The translations under genes and the position numbers were made by a program. From Eledone cirrhosa (lineage: Eukaryota), in assembly GCA_964016885.1 (NCBI GenBank), contig OZ024742.1, positions 352,532,001-352,596,000 of the forward strand: DNA of 64,000 bases, given 5' to 3'. The notes beneath the pieces are model-generated. The model did not search any database. It saw only the letters and a list, made by a program, of their open reading frames with translations, and was not told where the DNA came from. Position 1 is the stretch's first letter. Each line of letters begins with the position of its first letter. Shown here one piece after another: positions 31,347 to 45,462 of the stretch.

Positions 31347-33588
31347 GTGGCACAAGCCGATTTTGAAAAACCGAAAATATTTAACCTTTCAAATACAAAC
31401 CTCTCAGCCCAACAAGTAAAAATTCTCTCCAAAGGACTGAAATTCACACCAACACCACAATACTCTAACGCCAATGAGATAAATAACGATATCTCACACT
31501 TCTGTAAAAAATTACGTCTCACAGAGGAATTCTTTGACAAGGAGAATAACAACGAATCAATTGTACTGAATAAAAGCAGCTACAACCCAACAAAAGGTAG
31601 AAACAGAGTTTTGGACAAATGTTGTGACCACATAGCTACCTTCCCATACCATGAACTACCGCAACCTAAACGCAAACCCAACAAGAGTCGAAGGGAATGG
31701 GAGATTATCCATGAACTGAAAAACAATACGGACATTATAATTAAGGAAGCGGACAAGGGAAGTTCTGTTGTCATTATGGAGGCTGACAAATATAAAAATT
31801 CTATGTTCTCTCTCTTACAAAATACTAATTACTATGAAAGATTAAAAAACTACCAGCAATCAAAAATAATGACCAGATTAAACACACTGATTTATCGATC
31901 CAGGAAGACCTAACTAAAAAGGAACGCGTTTACTTAACACATTTTGAATACAAAACCAACAACCCTTACGGACTTCCGAAGATCCACAAGTGTAAAATAA
32001 TCAAGATGCCTGTAAACAATCCACCTCAGCCTACGTGAACACACAATACCCCGCAGACCATAAAGTAAGACCAATTGTAGCGGGCCCACAATGTGAAACA
32101 CACAGACTGAGCAACTTCATAGACATACTGCTGAAACCAATTCTGAAACACATACCAAGCCTTGTAAGAGACGATCTGGACCTCTTAAACCACCTCCCCA
32201 AACATGTCAACAACGACACAATTATTGTGTCTTTCGATGTAGTGAATCTCTACACAACGATCCCACACCAATACGGACTAGAAGCAATAGGATTCTGGCT
32301 AGAGAAATATCCAAAGTTCATCACCGAGGGATTAAAATTCATCTTACAGAACAACTTTTTTGATTTCGATGGCAATACTTACAAGCAAATATCGGGGACT
32401 GCGATGGGTACAAAAGCCGCTCCAACTTATGCCAACTTAGTCATGGCATACTTAGAAGTCCAGATATATGAACAGTCCAAATCAAAATACAGATTGAACT
32501 TCCACAAATATTTATCAGAGAATTGGAAACGCTACTTGGATGATTGCCTCATACTTTGGTCCCACACACTCGACCAACTGAAGGATTTCAAAAACTTAAT
32601 AAACGGCCTCAATAACCACATCCAATTCACAATGGAATACAGCCGAGATCAACTCCCATTTCTGGACATCTTAATATTAAAAAAAGACATAAATATCGAA
32701 ACTGACATACACTACAAACCAACAGATTCCAAACAATATCTGCTATTCAGCTCCAACCATCCAAAGCACACGAAGACGAACATTCCATTTAATCTAGCAA
32801 GAAGAATTTGCACAATTGTCTCCCATTATGAAACGCGAAATAAAAGACTTCAAGAATTAAAGGAAATTCTACTCGAGAGAGTGTACCCTCTATTACTAAT
32901 AAATAATGGAATAGAAAGGGCTAAAGCAATAGGCATTGATGAATTACGGAAACAGAAACAAATTCAAGGTACGCCCAATATTCTATCATATATCTCAACA
33001 CACAACCCAAGAAATGCGGAAGCTTACAACACTATTCACAAGAACATCCCTCTACTAAAACAAAACCCAAGAATGAAAAAAGCCCTTGAAACACAGAAAA
33101 TAATCAAAAGCAAAAGACAACCAAAATCACTGAAAACATTACTCACCAATGCCAAATTACCTACCACAAAGCCACAACCAAGTATCAAAAAATGTGGTCG
33201 TTCTAATTGTGGAACCTGCACTCACCTCATTGAAGGCAACACGTATACATTTAAATCCAGATAAAATGTTACTGTAAAAAATCACTTAACTTGCTCATCA
33301 AAAAATCTACTTTATGTCATTAAATGTAAAGGATGCAATGAAGATTATATTGGACAAACTAAACTCACACTCAAAAACAGAATGACAGTTCATTGCCAAC
33401 AATTACGAGATCCAACCACGAGACAGATACCACTAAGTGCACATCTAGACATTTGCGCAAGTAATAAGACACCCACATTCCAAGTCTTCCCATTTTACCT
33501 TTGCGCTAACAATACAACAGAACAAATACGAATAAATAAGGAAAATATGTTTATTCAAAAATATAGACCAGCATTAAATATGGTTTAA
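31347..33588 (+). pseudogene. Neptune-type RT + GIY-YIG endonuclease (frameshift/stop)
   Basis: [76 protein letters not shown]. Confidence 0.92.
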
Positions 33589-34048
33589 TATACATTATGT
33601 CAAAAACCATAATATGACATACACACACACACATAACACCTTCTACTTTAGAAAATAAAAACCCGAACTAAATAAAACTTAACATACGTTTGCACTGACA
33701 ATACAACAGAACAAATAAGAATAAGTAAGGAAAATATGTTCATTCAAAAATATTCCTACTAACGTAATCATGCCCCCCCCCACACACACAATATATATAT
33801 ATATATATTCTCTTCATCTTAACATGCTAACCATACTCCCACACACATAACACCCATATACACACATAACAACCCCCACACCCACAACTCCCTCCCCGAT
33901 TTCTACTAATAGAACCACTTTCCTACACACATATATACACACACAAAATATATATTCTCTCCATCTTAACATACTCGCACACACATAACACCCATATACA
34001 CACACACACAACTCCCTCCCACATTTCTACTAATAGAATCATCTTCTA

Positions 34049-34094
<46 letters not shown>

Positions 34095-34590
34095 ACACGC
34101 ACACACATAAACATACATATCTTTACTTCAATAGAAAATCTGAACTCTGACACCCTAGCGAACTAACCATATTCACTGAACCAGAACAATTCTCCCATCC
34201 CTTTCTCTTGACCATTATCTTTCACTTATGTTAAAATTCTCTAAAAAGTCTATAGAATGGATTTCCAAATAAGGGCACGAAAATTTAATGAAAACTTGTT
34301 CACGTGACAGTCATAATTTCATTTATAACCAACCAAAAAAAAGGCCTTCGTGAGCCCCTTTTTTCAAGTAAAAATAAATTCAAACACTCATATATAAAAA
34401 AACAACCTGTGACAACCCCCCTCTTATTTGAAGAACTATTGTAACGCGAACTGGCGCGAAATTTATTATAATTATTGACAAACCAATCTCGAAAAACCTG
34501 ACATTTCGAGGCAATTTTTCCATATAAAACAAGTAACATTCAGAGACCAACCAGATGTGAGAAAAACCACAGACCCTCTATCTCAACTCA

Positions 34591-34628
34591 CCTTTTGAAA
34601 AGCAGAAGAACTGGGAAACCGGTAAAGG
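34591..34628 (+). ncRNA. Minimal type I hammerhead with U3-A8 core (family A)
   Basis: cctt TTGAAAA gcag-aagaa-ctgg GAAAC cg GTA aagg; four copies give consensus stem II gcag/ctgc. Confidence 0.7.
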
Positions 34629-34984
34629 AACCAAATAAATATATATATATTTTTTTTTAAATAAGACTCCAGTTGCATTATCGATTTCATCTCTTTTTCT
34701 TTATACTTTCACTCGTGTAGGACACCTCGGTTATTTTTCAATTTGTAAAAAAAACCTCACTTTCTAATATATATATATATATATTAACGGTGAAAGCAGT
34801 GATTCTTTGCTTAAACTTTAATCTGTTATTTTAATAAATATTATAGCATCTATTTATTCTGACAAGAATCGAAATGTCTAATCGGCTGCAAGTGGTGGAA
34901 ATTGTTTAACGTCTGCGCGTAAAAGGGGAACAACTCGTCTCTCATCAATATTTATATATTTGAACTGAAATATCAATACATTAC

Positions 34985-35212
34985 AAATTCGATATTTGCA
35001 CTTGGCGTAGGTCGATTTAAAATGTTTTTTACCGATGTCTCCGCTGGACCTTCATCTATAAGTGTAGCTATTTCACCGAATTTTGAGCATACGGTTTAAG
35101 AGGAGATGTGTGCGGACGGTTTTAATAGACAGACAGACAGATAACCTCAGTTGTATATATATAGACTAGCATAAAACCACCCGGTGGGCGGTTTTCTGCT
35201 AGCAAATCTAGT
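34985..35212 (-). mobile_element. Helitron-like 5' end joined to CTAG-bounded palindromic 3' ends
   Basis: Minus strand ..CTAG|TCtatatata..(tctg)n; ctagcataaaaccacc/gggcggttttctgctag palindrome 35166-35202. Confidence 0.5.
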
Positions 35213-35718
35213 GTATATACTGATATTGTTGAGATTTAGATGAGAAATGTTTTCGGCACCACATATTCACCGTCTCTCTGTGTGTCTTTTATGCATCTAT
35301 AAATATATATGTTATCTATACGGTGAAATCTTTGAAATAAATATATGTTAAAACGAAAAAGGAGAAAAAGAGATTAGTGACGGAAATATAAAAGTAATGA
35401 TACATAAAAGTTATGATCTAACGATGGAAATATATCTTCAAATGGTCCTTGGCATATTGTCAAGTCAGAATCGCCTCGAACTGGTTACTTCTGGCTTATG
35501 CAAGGTGTCTCTATAGCAACCAGCGATTCCCTCGGTCTCAGTTACCAACGTCAGTGGAGAGGGCAAGGTAATGTTTCTATAGCGACAGTGTTTCTCTTGG
35601 TAGTACCACAGTGGAGAAAGGAAGGGGGAGGTAATATTTCTGTTGCACTTACATTTGAGTTTTAGGGAAGGACAGACAGACAGACAGAGGGACAAACAGA
35701 GAAAAGCCCATATATTTC

Positions 35719-35749
<31 letters not shown>

Positions 35750-36305
35750 GAAAAGTGTAATTTTCTACACAAAACGAAGGTTATAGAGAAAATTGAGGTT
35801 GGTAATGGCACATTGAATATATAAGAGACAGAATACTTTTTTGTGAAAAAACATATAATTTTATAAGGTAAGGAAATAATAAAGGGTATAAAAAATGACC
35901 GGTTTCGATGGGTCTGCAAAAGCCATCTTTTCAAATGTTGATTAATATTAAGAAAAATTAATAATACGAAGAGTTAAAATTTGAGATTTGAAAATTCAAG
36001 TATAAAATTCATTGTGGGATTTCATAGTAGTTTTAATCTTGGAAGCAACAAGTTGACTGCTGTGTGCCTTTCTGGTAGTGAATGAGAAGTTATTTGGGGG
36101 TTTGGGTTATTTTATAAAGGTCAGATTTAGCAATGGCCAGCTGGCCAGCTGCTGGTCAGTGAGGGGGTGGAAGCAATATACATACATATATCTTCCTGTG
36201 GTCGGTAGGAGAGGGGAGCGTGATAGAAAGGGATTTAGTGCACTTACACCTATATATACACACATACCTTCATCCACACATACATACATATACATATACA
36301 TACAC

Positions 36306-36320
<15 letters not shown>
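35750..36320 (-). mobile_element. 3' pseudo-LTR, probably of PLE family B, with U3-A8 hammerhead (35891-35940)
   Basis: Inverted copy at 40145-40668; minus strand caacat TTGAAAA gatgg..ccatc GAAAC cg GTC atttt. Confidence 0.7.
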
Positions 36321-36338
<18 letters not shown>

Positions 36339-36339
<1 letters not shown>

Positions 36340-36947
36340 GGTGGCTGCCAACTCGTTTTCGAGTACGGCCACTACTTTATATCCATGTAGGAGAACCCCT
36401 ACCGATGCGCTGAACGAATGTGACTTTTTAGTCCAGTCAGCGACTTGAAAACTCTGGTACAAAGACTACACTTGTGACCATTATTGACACATAGTGCAGG
36501 GCCCATGGTACCATGTGATGACAAGTGCAGAGAGATCTCCAGATATAAAGCAATGCCTGTGCTGTGAAGCTTTTATAGTGAGCAAAGGCACTGCACAAAG
36601 CCAGTCCCACTCTCTTAACCAAGATGATATTTACCAAAAAGAAGAACAAGTCAACATCATTGGATACCATCAGGGTTGCAGGTGTTATATCAGAGTTTTC
36701 CTTCTCCTAGAATTCTGCCTTGACAAAGGCTAAGGGGTCATCTCTCCCAGTGATTTTGGATGGCTATTGACTCTTAAGAGCTCCTTTGCGCTTTGACAGG
36801 TTTTGTTTTTAGTCCTGCAGGATGTCCAAAGTCACCCTCCTCACCAGGAAACCTTGGTGGGGTTGCCAGTTTAGTCGCCAACGACCCGACCATGAGACAG
36901 GTTGTACTGGGATACATGTTACCAGTAGCACCAACTGGTGACCTGAC
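36339..36947 (-). mobile_element. Bipartite non-autonomous RTE/BovB-like element (5'UTR fused to 3' end)
   Basis: RTE 5'UTR-like motif ctaggagaaggaaaactctga; terminal C2H2 remnant KCSLCTRVFKSLTGLKSHIRSAHR*; ctcgaaaacgag 3' stem; in (TA)n. Confidence 0.65.
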
Positions 36948-36992
<45 letters not shown>

Positions 36993-37707
36993 CACACATA
37001 CATACACACACACACAAACATATCCATACACACATACACACACACACACATATATACACATACACACACATATATATATACACACACACCCACACATACA
37101 TACACACACACACATATATATACATACACACATACAAACACATACACACACACACATATATACACATACACACACATATATATACACACATACATATATA
37201 TACACATACGCATACATCCAGATACACACATACATACACACACACACACACACACACGCACACAGAATACATACATCCACATGCACACACATCCACACAC
37301 ACACAGGTATACACATACATACACCCACACACATAGAAATGGCCTCCAAATATATATATATATACATACACACACATATATTTTTTCCATAATATTAAAA
37401 AGTTAGGACAGTGAAATTAAAATACAAGTCATTCTGATCACATTGAGTTCTTCATGTAGATTGGGCCCCGCAACCGACAGTGGTGAATTCTGTGTGCGCA
37501 TATATATATATAGATATATGTGTGTGCACGTGCAGGGTTTAACATGGATGTGTTGGCCACACAAAGGCATGGTCTGTCAACGAATAAACCTGATTCTACA
37601 GAATTGGTCTCTGGTCTTTAATAGTAGTGATAATTATATACATGCACACATACAAACACATATATCTGTCACTCCGTGCGTATGTGTGTTTATATTTTAT
37701 GACAATT

Positions 37708-39975
37708 CTATTGGGGTGATAACCCGTTTAGTTTTGGTTTAAATTTGTTAAGGAATCGATTTTCTTTGTTTATTCTTTGTTGCTGTGTGAACGAATCTGA
37801 GCACTTGTAGAAGGGGAAGATTTTAAAGTTGGGTAGTGTCATTCCTGCGCAGTTCGCAATATGGCTGCTCAAGGGGATTTTTATTGTGTTAGCGTCCCGG
37901 ATTTGTTGGCGGTGGATGGTCATTCTTTTGCGTAATGAGGCGCCCGTCTGTCCTATGTAGTTGTGTTTGCACCCACCGCAACTTATTGCGTAAATCAAGT
38001 TCTCCGAGTTGCAGGTGAAATTGTTTTTTACTGTAAATGTTTGGCCATCTTTGAATGTAAATGTTTGTCCTTCAGTGAGTTAGAGGCATGTTCCATAGTT
38101 TGTTCTACCACATTTGGTAACTGTAGGGTTGAGGATTGGTTTGGGTATATTTGGTCCAGTGAGAATGCGTTTTAGTGATTTAGGTTGTCTTTTACTTTTA
38201 AGAATCTTGTGTGTTTCAAGAATAGACTTCATTTGTACATCTTTAAGTAGGATGGAGAGGTTTTTGTGTAGGTGATCAAACATTTCGGTATTTCTGGGGT
38301 TGAAAGTGGATACATATGGCAGGGTGTTGAGTGTGGTTTTCTGTTTTGGATTGTTAAGTTGATGGGGATTTAGGTGTTTTGCCCTGTCTATTCCATTGTT
38401 GATTATTTCAAGTGGAAAGGCTTTTAAGATAAGGGTGTCTTTTAGTTCCTTTAGTCTTTGCTCCCGTTTAGGCGGATCTGATACTATGGTACATATACGT
38501 TTGGCCAAATTGTAAGGAATGTTAAGTTTTTTATGTTTTGGGTGACTTGATGTGAAAAAGAGGTATTGCTTGGAATCTGTGGGTTTATAGAATATATCTA
38601 TATCTAATTTCCCGTCTATTACAGAGATGAGAATATCCAAGAAGGCTAATTCCTTAGGATTGGATTCCATTGTGAATTGTATGTTATTATCTATGTTGTT
38701 TATCATGTTTTTAAACGTAGTAAGTGAGTTCATGTCTTCTTGCCATAGGATAAAGCAGTCGTCTAGATATCTTTTCCAATTGGCTTTGAGGTGTGTGTGG
38801 AAAGAGTCTCCAAATAAGAGAAGGGACTGACTGTATATTTGTTGTTCATGGAATCCCATGACTAGGTTGGCATATGTGGGTGCTACTTTCGTGCCCATTG
38901 CCGTACCTGATACTTGTCTGTATGTTGAACCATTGAATGTGAAGTAGTTATTTTGTAGGATAAAGCGGAGTCCGTCAGTGATAAAATCTGTGTTGATGCG
39001 TGTCGGTATTTCTGATGGGTGTGTGTTAAGCCAGTATTGGACTGCTGTTATTCCATAGTTGTGGGGTATGTTTGTGTAGAGGTTTATTACGTCAAAGGAG
39101 ACAAGAATTGTATTTGCACTTACTGTTTTAGGGAGGTGTTTCAGCATGTCAAGGTCATCTCGTATGTAGCTCTGTATATGTTGTAGAAAGGGTTTCAGTA
39201 TGATGTCCAGAAAGTTGCTAAGTCTGTGGGTTTCACATGTAGGGCATGCTATAATTGGCCTGAGTTTTAGGTCTTCTGGTGGTGTTAGTTCAATGTAATT
39301 GTTGGTTGAGCTGTCACATGCATCGTTTATGGGTTTACATTTGTGCAGTTCCGGTAAGCCGTAAAAAGAGCTTGTATTGCATTTGAAGTGGCTTATATAG
39401 TTAAACTCTTTTGTGGTTAAGCTGTTGCGGTATTTATTCAGTAAGGTCAAAAGGTTCCCCATTGTTTTGTTGTGTTTGTAGTTTTCTGTTTTTTCATAGT
39501 ATGTGTTGTTTTCTAAAATGTTAAGTGCGAGGGTCCTATAGTAGTCCGTATTCATAATGACAACAGTACTGCCTTTATCGGCTTCTTTGATAGTTATCTC
39601 AGGGTTGTTTCTAAGTGTGAATAATTCTTCCCATTCGTGTGTAGATAGGTTTGATTTTGTGTTTATTTGTAATTTTTTCATAGGGAAAGTTGGTGATGTG
39701 TTCGCAGTACGTGTCCAGTGCTTTATTTCTTCCCTTTTGTGGGCAAACATTGCTTTTATTTCTAACCAGAGATTCGTCTTCAGTGTTGGTGTCATTGTGG
39801 AAGAATTCTGTTAGTCGCAGCTTTCGGCAGTATTCCATGATGTCATCCTTCATTTCGGGGAAGTTTGGTTTACGTGGTGTAGGTGTAAATTTCAGGCCCT
39901 TACTTAAAATGTTGATTTGTGTGTTGGTTAGAGGTGTCTTTGAGAGGTTGATTATTTTTGGTTTCTCCTGAGGGG
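37708..39975 (-). pseudogene. PLE family B (Neptune-type) RT + GIY-YIG, few disruptions
   Basis: 571-aa ORF 38080-39795 with GTAMGTKVAPTYANL and WKRYLDD; IYAISCGGC..YIGQT..RM..H; [12 protein letters not shown]-terminus. Confidence 0.92.
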
Positions 39976-40047
39976 GGGGGGGGGCATCGAGGTGTATGTA
40001 TGTGTGTATGTATATGTTTGTGTGTGTGTGTATGTATGTGTGTATAC

Positions 40048-40668
<621 letters not shown>

Positions 40669-40669
40669 T

Positions 40670-40778
<109 letters not shown>

Positions 40779-40897
40779 CACACACATAAATGTATATATA
40801 TTTCTGTCTATATATATATATATAGATATATATATATATATTACACACACAGAAATGTATATATATTTCTGTGTGTATATATATATATATATATTTC

Positions 40898-40928
<31 letters not shown>

Positions 40929-41079
40929 TACACACACAGAAATGTATATATATTTCTTAGAACAAAATTATTATTAATGTTTTGCTGTTCATAACAATTG
41001 GAATTGAAAAATTACTTTTGAAATTATTAGTTATTTTAATAATGCTTAGATATGTAAAAATGAAGCAATGTTTCTAATG

Positions 41080-41270
41080 ATTGTTTCTACTTTTGGCACA
41101 AGGCCAGCAAATACACAGTAGATTACTGGTACTTTATTTTATCGACGCCGTGAGGATGAAAGGCAAAGTTAACCTCGGCGGTATTTGAATTCAGACCGTA
41201 AAGGGACGTAACTCCATGCTATGAAGCATGGTGTCACACACTCTACAGATTCTGCCAATCCACCGCCCTA
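41080..41270 (-). mobile_element. Octopus-type tRNA SINE
   Basis: ggcggtggattggcagaatc head; aaaggcaaagttaacctcggcggtatttgaattcag. Confidence 0.85.
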
Positions 41271-42312
41271 ATGTCTGTACGTAATGAGGAAGTGAGAGGG
41301 GAGAGAAAGAAAGACAGAAGTGAAGTGACGAAGTCACTCTCTCCTCCTCCTCCTCCTCCATCTCCCCATTCGTCACAGCGATAGAGGAGAGGAATGTTAG
41401 TGTGTTACAAAGAGAAATATTGAGAGTGAGAGAAACAGACAGACTAAAAGAGAGGGATAGCTTGAGAGAGAGAGAGAGATAGCAACCACGCGCGCACGTG
41501 TTTCCACTGTCGGACAGACAGAGAAATTGCTGGTTATATATTATAAGGAGATATATTATTTCAACTATACTAACATTCGTTAGTACGAGATTCGTTGTTA
41601 ATGGACAAAATACTAACAGGGAAAACGATATGCTTAAGAGATTAATTGATACTGAAATATTCCTGCCTCACCAAGATATGAGATTATACGTATATCACTG
41701 GTGCTCACATATTCACAGACATGGTAAAATGTATACCTATTATTACATTACAGTAGAGATTAGACTGATGTAAGCGTGTGTTTGAATGATGAAGAAAGTG
41801 TCTGCATGTAACTTTATGGTAAGAAGGATATATGCGCATGTGTATGTTTATATAGTTTTATTTCTTTATGCATTATTAAAATTATCGTTTATTTCATGTA
41901 CAGCTGCAAGATAATATTTATTTTCTTTAAAATAATATTATGTATTTTATATTTTCTCTTTACAGATCTGTAATTTAATTGGTTTCTATATATTCACGGA
42001 GGAAATGTATCCCTTGAAATGTATGATTAGCTATTTTCTTTATATTGTCGATCGTAATTTATGTTTAATCAGTTCATGTGAATCTACTTTAGAATGCAAG
42101 TATACTTTTGATCTGTGTATTTTGTCGAAATATTTTTTTGCTATAAACATACACACGTATTTTAAATAAGATAATCCCCAATGAATATATGCACTCTTCT
42201 AAAAAGGTTCAGCAATTTATCTTCATAATTATGTGTAATATATTGTTGGGGAGATATTTCTCTCTGCCCCCCCCCCCCCTATATCTCTCTCTCTCTCTAT
42301 ATATATATATAT

Positions 42313-42467
42313 AACGAAGGAAATGTGGTAAGGAACCAGGTGGACCATAACGCACCAAAGTACTCAAAACCTAGGGTAGTAGAGTGGGTAATAGGAACGA
42401 GTAGGACTCCGACGAATTAGCCGTCGAAACGGCTTGAGCTCAGCCGTCGGTGTCCTACTCGTTCCTA
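42313..42467. mobile_element. Second fold-back mini-element of the 26828 family
   Basis: Same ~80-nt left part; taggaacgagtaggactccgac / gtcggtgtcctactcgttccta arms; GAAAC 42426, GTC 42446. Confidence 0.8.
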
Positions 42468-43771
42468 AATATATATATATATATATATATGTATGTACAT
42501 ACACGTTGAATTCTTGTCTCCAATATATGGGAATATGTCTGAAGGTGTATTCGTTTATTTTCCGAAGATATTTGTAATATGAAAATATCTACATGCGTAG
42601 CGGATGAGGTATTTAGGTTTTTATATTTCTCATAATATTACGTTTGACAAAATGAAAATATATACCTATAAAATACCTGTACATAACGCATTTCGGTGAT
42701 AAATCATGTCTCTAGAATGATTAAATTGAGGAGAAGGTTGTCTCAAAGATATGAGTTTAATGTTTTCGTATTTTATTTCGATTATCAGAACTTAATCTGA
42801 ATATCGATCTATCCCACACACTCGCATATATCAAATGTCTATACGATATTTCTTATGAATAATATATAATGTGTTGGACGGTATGACGGATATCAGAGCC
42901 AACCTCATTTGACAAATATATACATATGGTAAACATCGATTGCCAAATAAATTAACTATGGAGATATAAAAGATACAGAAGTGAACACCAACCAAACAGT
43001 GAGTGTGTTTTGTTATTATTCCTGGAAATATTATTACAACAATATAACCCTTCCCAAGTATAACAATATATATATAATTAAAATATTTGTTCCGATATAA
43101 TTGTATACAAGTATGTATATATATATTTATAACATTAGGGATTATAAGTCTGAGTATATTGATTGAAACACCTGAAAAAACATTCAATTTTCTCAATTGG
43201 ATATTCTCATTAGTCTGGGATATCATATATTGATTCTGTTAATGTATAACAATCAATGTTCTAAATCAATCCATTAGTTGTTATTGACGGGAGGTCGGCA
43301 TGTAACGAAGATGTACGGGTAGATACATTTGAATGCACTATTGCGCATCAGTGAACTACCCATCAATTAACTTGTACTTCAGAAAAATAATTAGTAATTT
43401 GAAAACCCCATAATATATATTTCGAGGTAGAGCGGCATGGTTAACTCTCAGTCGTTCAATAGGACGTATATGGCAGCATAGAATTCACCGATCATTCATT
43501 AAACAGAAAGGAGAAATAGTAAATTGCATAAAAGCTTGCTTATTGGTAGATGTGAAAATAATATGAAACTCAGTGTAATTTAGAGATATATCGAATGAGA
43601 GAGCTGAATCTCCACTAAACATAGCAGACGATATCAACTGAATTGAAACATTACCGATTAAAACAGGGTATATATATATTGCATAATGTATTGCAAGTTT
43701 CTCCACAGAAACCTGGGATCAAAACGGTTGCTTTAATACTTTTAATAATGGGGTAGCTCAACTATGATGCA

Positions 43772-43876
43772 TTCGGACATTTGACATAACATTTTAAATG
43801 TATCATCAACATTGTGCATGATACCAGAATCCTTTCTCAGCATATTTGACATCTTATATATTGCATGAGTAACACC

Positions 43877-43914
<38 letters not shown>

Positions 43915-44019
43915 GATGTTACCCATGCAATATATAAGATGTCAAATATGCTGAGAAAAGATTCTGGTATCATGCACGATGTTGATGATACATTTAAAAT
44001 GTTATGTCAAATGTCGGAA

Positions 44020-44020
<1 letters not shown>
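43772..44020. repeat. Inverted repeat, ~108-bp arms around a (TA)n loop
   Basis: 43772-43880 matches the reverse complement of 43910-44020 with few mismatches. Confidence 0.8.
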
Positions 44021-44589
<569 letters not shown>

Positions 44590-44590
<1 letters not shown>

Positions 44591-45329
44591 TTCTTTTATT
44601 TGCCACTAGGGCATCAAAAGTGGGACAAGTACAAAGGGGGGAGTTTACACAAAAAGGCGTCCTCAATAAGGAGGAGGCAATAACAAAATATAAAAATAAA
44701 ATAAGATATAACAAAAAATAAAATTTTTAACAAAATCCTCAATAGAGAGGAGGCGCCTTGGGGGGTCGCACACACCCCCGAAAAAAGTATGCAACCCTTC
44801 TCCTCAGGAGCACAGAGAAGGGGTGCTCCCTTGGTCTTTCATCTTCCTCACCTATAGTCTGGTGTAGAGTGAAGGCCCATTCACACGGGCCATTCTCGCC
44901 ACTTTCACCCATCTTTCATAGAAACGGCTGGGGTGCAGCACCTCTCTCTCCATCCTGATCCTTCTTCCGAAATGATATCGGAAGAAACGGACCAGTTGTT
45001 GGCCAGAGAGAAAGGTGCCCGACCTCAGTCCTTTCAGACGCGTCCACCATACAACCTCTTTCGCCATAACTATTACGCACAGAAACACCGCCTCTGCTTC
45101 ATCTTTGAAGGGGGGAGGCGGCTTGATCATTACAATAGACTCGGTGGTCAACCGGATCGGTCCCACCCTTGACAGCAGTTGTTCGACATAGCCCCACAGA
45201 TCGGCTACGCCCGAGCAGTGTACTAATGCGTGTGCAACGGTTTCCTCGTCGCACACGCATCTGGGACAGATCTTTTTGGCGGGGTCCCTACCCGGGCGCC
45301 CGTGTCTGTAGAGCCTTTCTCGAACGGGT
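44590..45329 (-). mobile_element. Tx1/L1-clade LINE 3' fragment (zf-RVT region) in (TA)n
   Basis: [36 protein letters not shown]; AATAAA then TA tract; homologous to 60000-60460. Confidence 0.85.
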
Positions 45330-45383
45330 ATATATATATATATAGATAGATAGATATACATATATATAGATAGATAGATATAC

Positions 45384-45414
<31 letters not shown>

Positions 45415-45415
45415 C

Positions 45416-45462
<47 letters not shown>

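Larger units (their letters stand above)
30353..34768 (+). mobile_element. PLE family A, copy 2 (Neptune-type), 5'-truncated
   Basis: Upstream ORF, RT, GIY-YIG, microsatellite 3'UTR, HHR, and the same 3' terminus (cctcactttctaa+TA) as copy 1. Confidence 0.92.
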
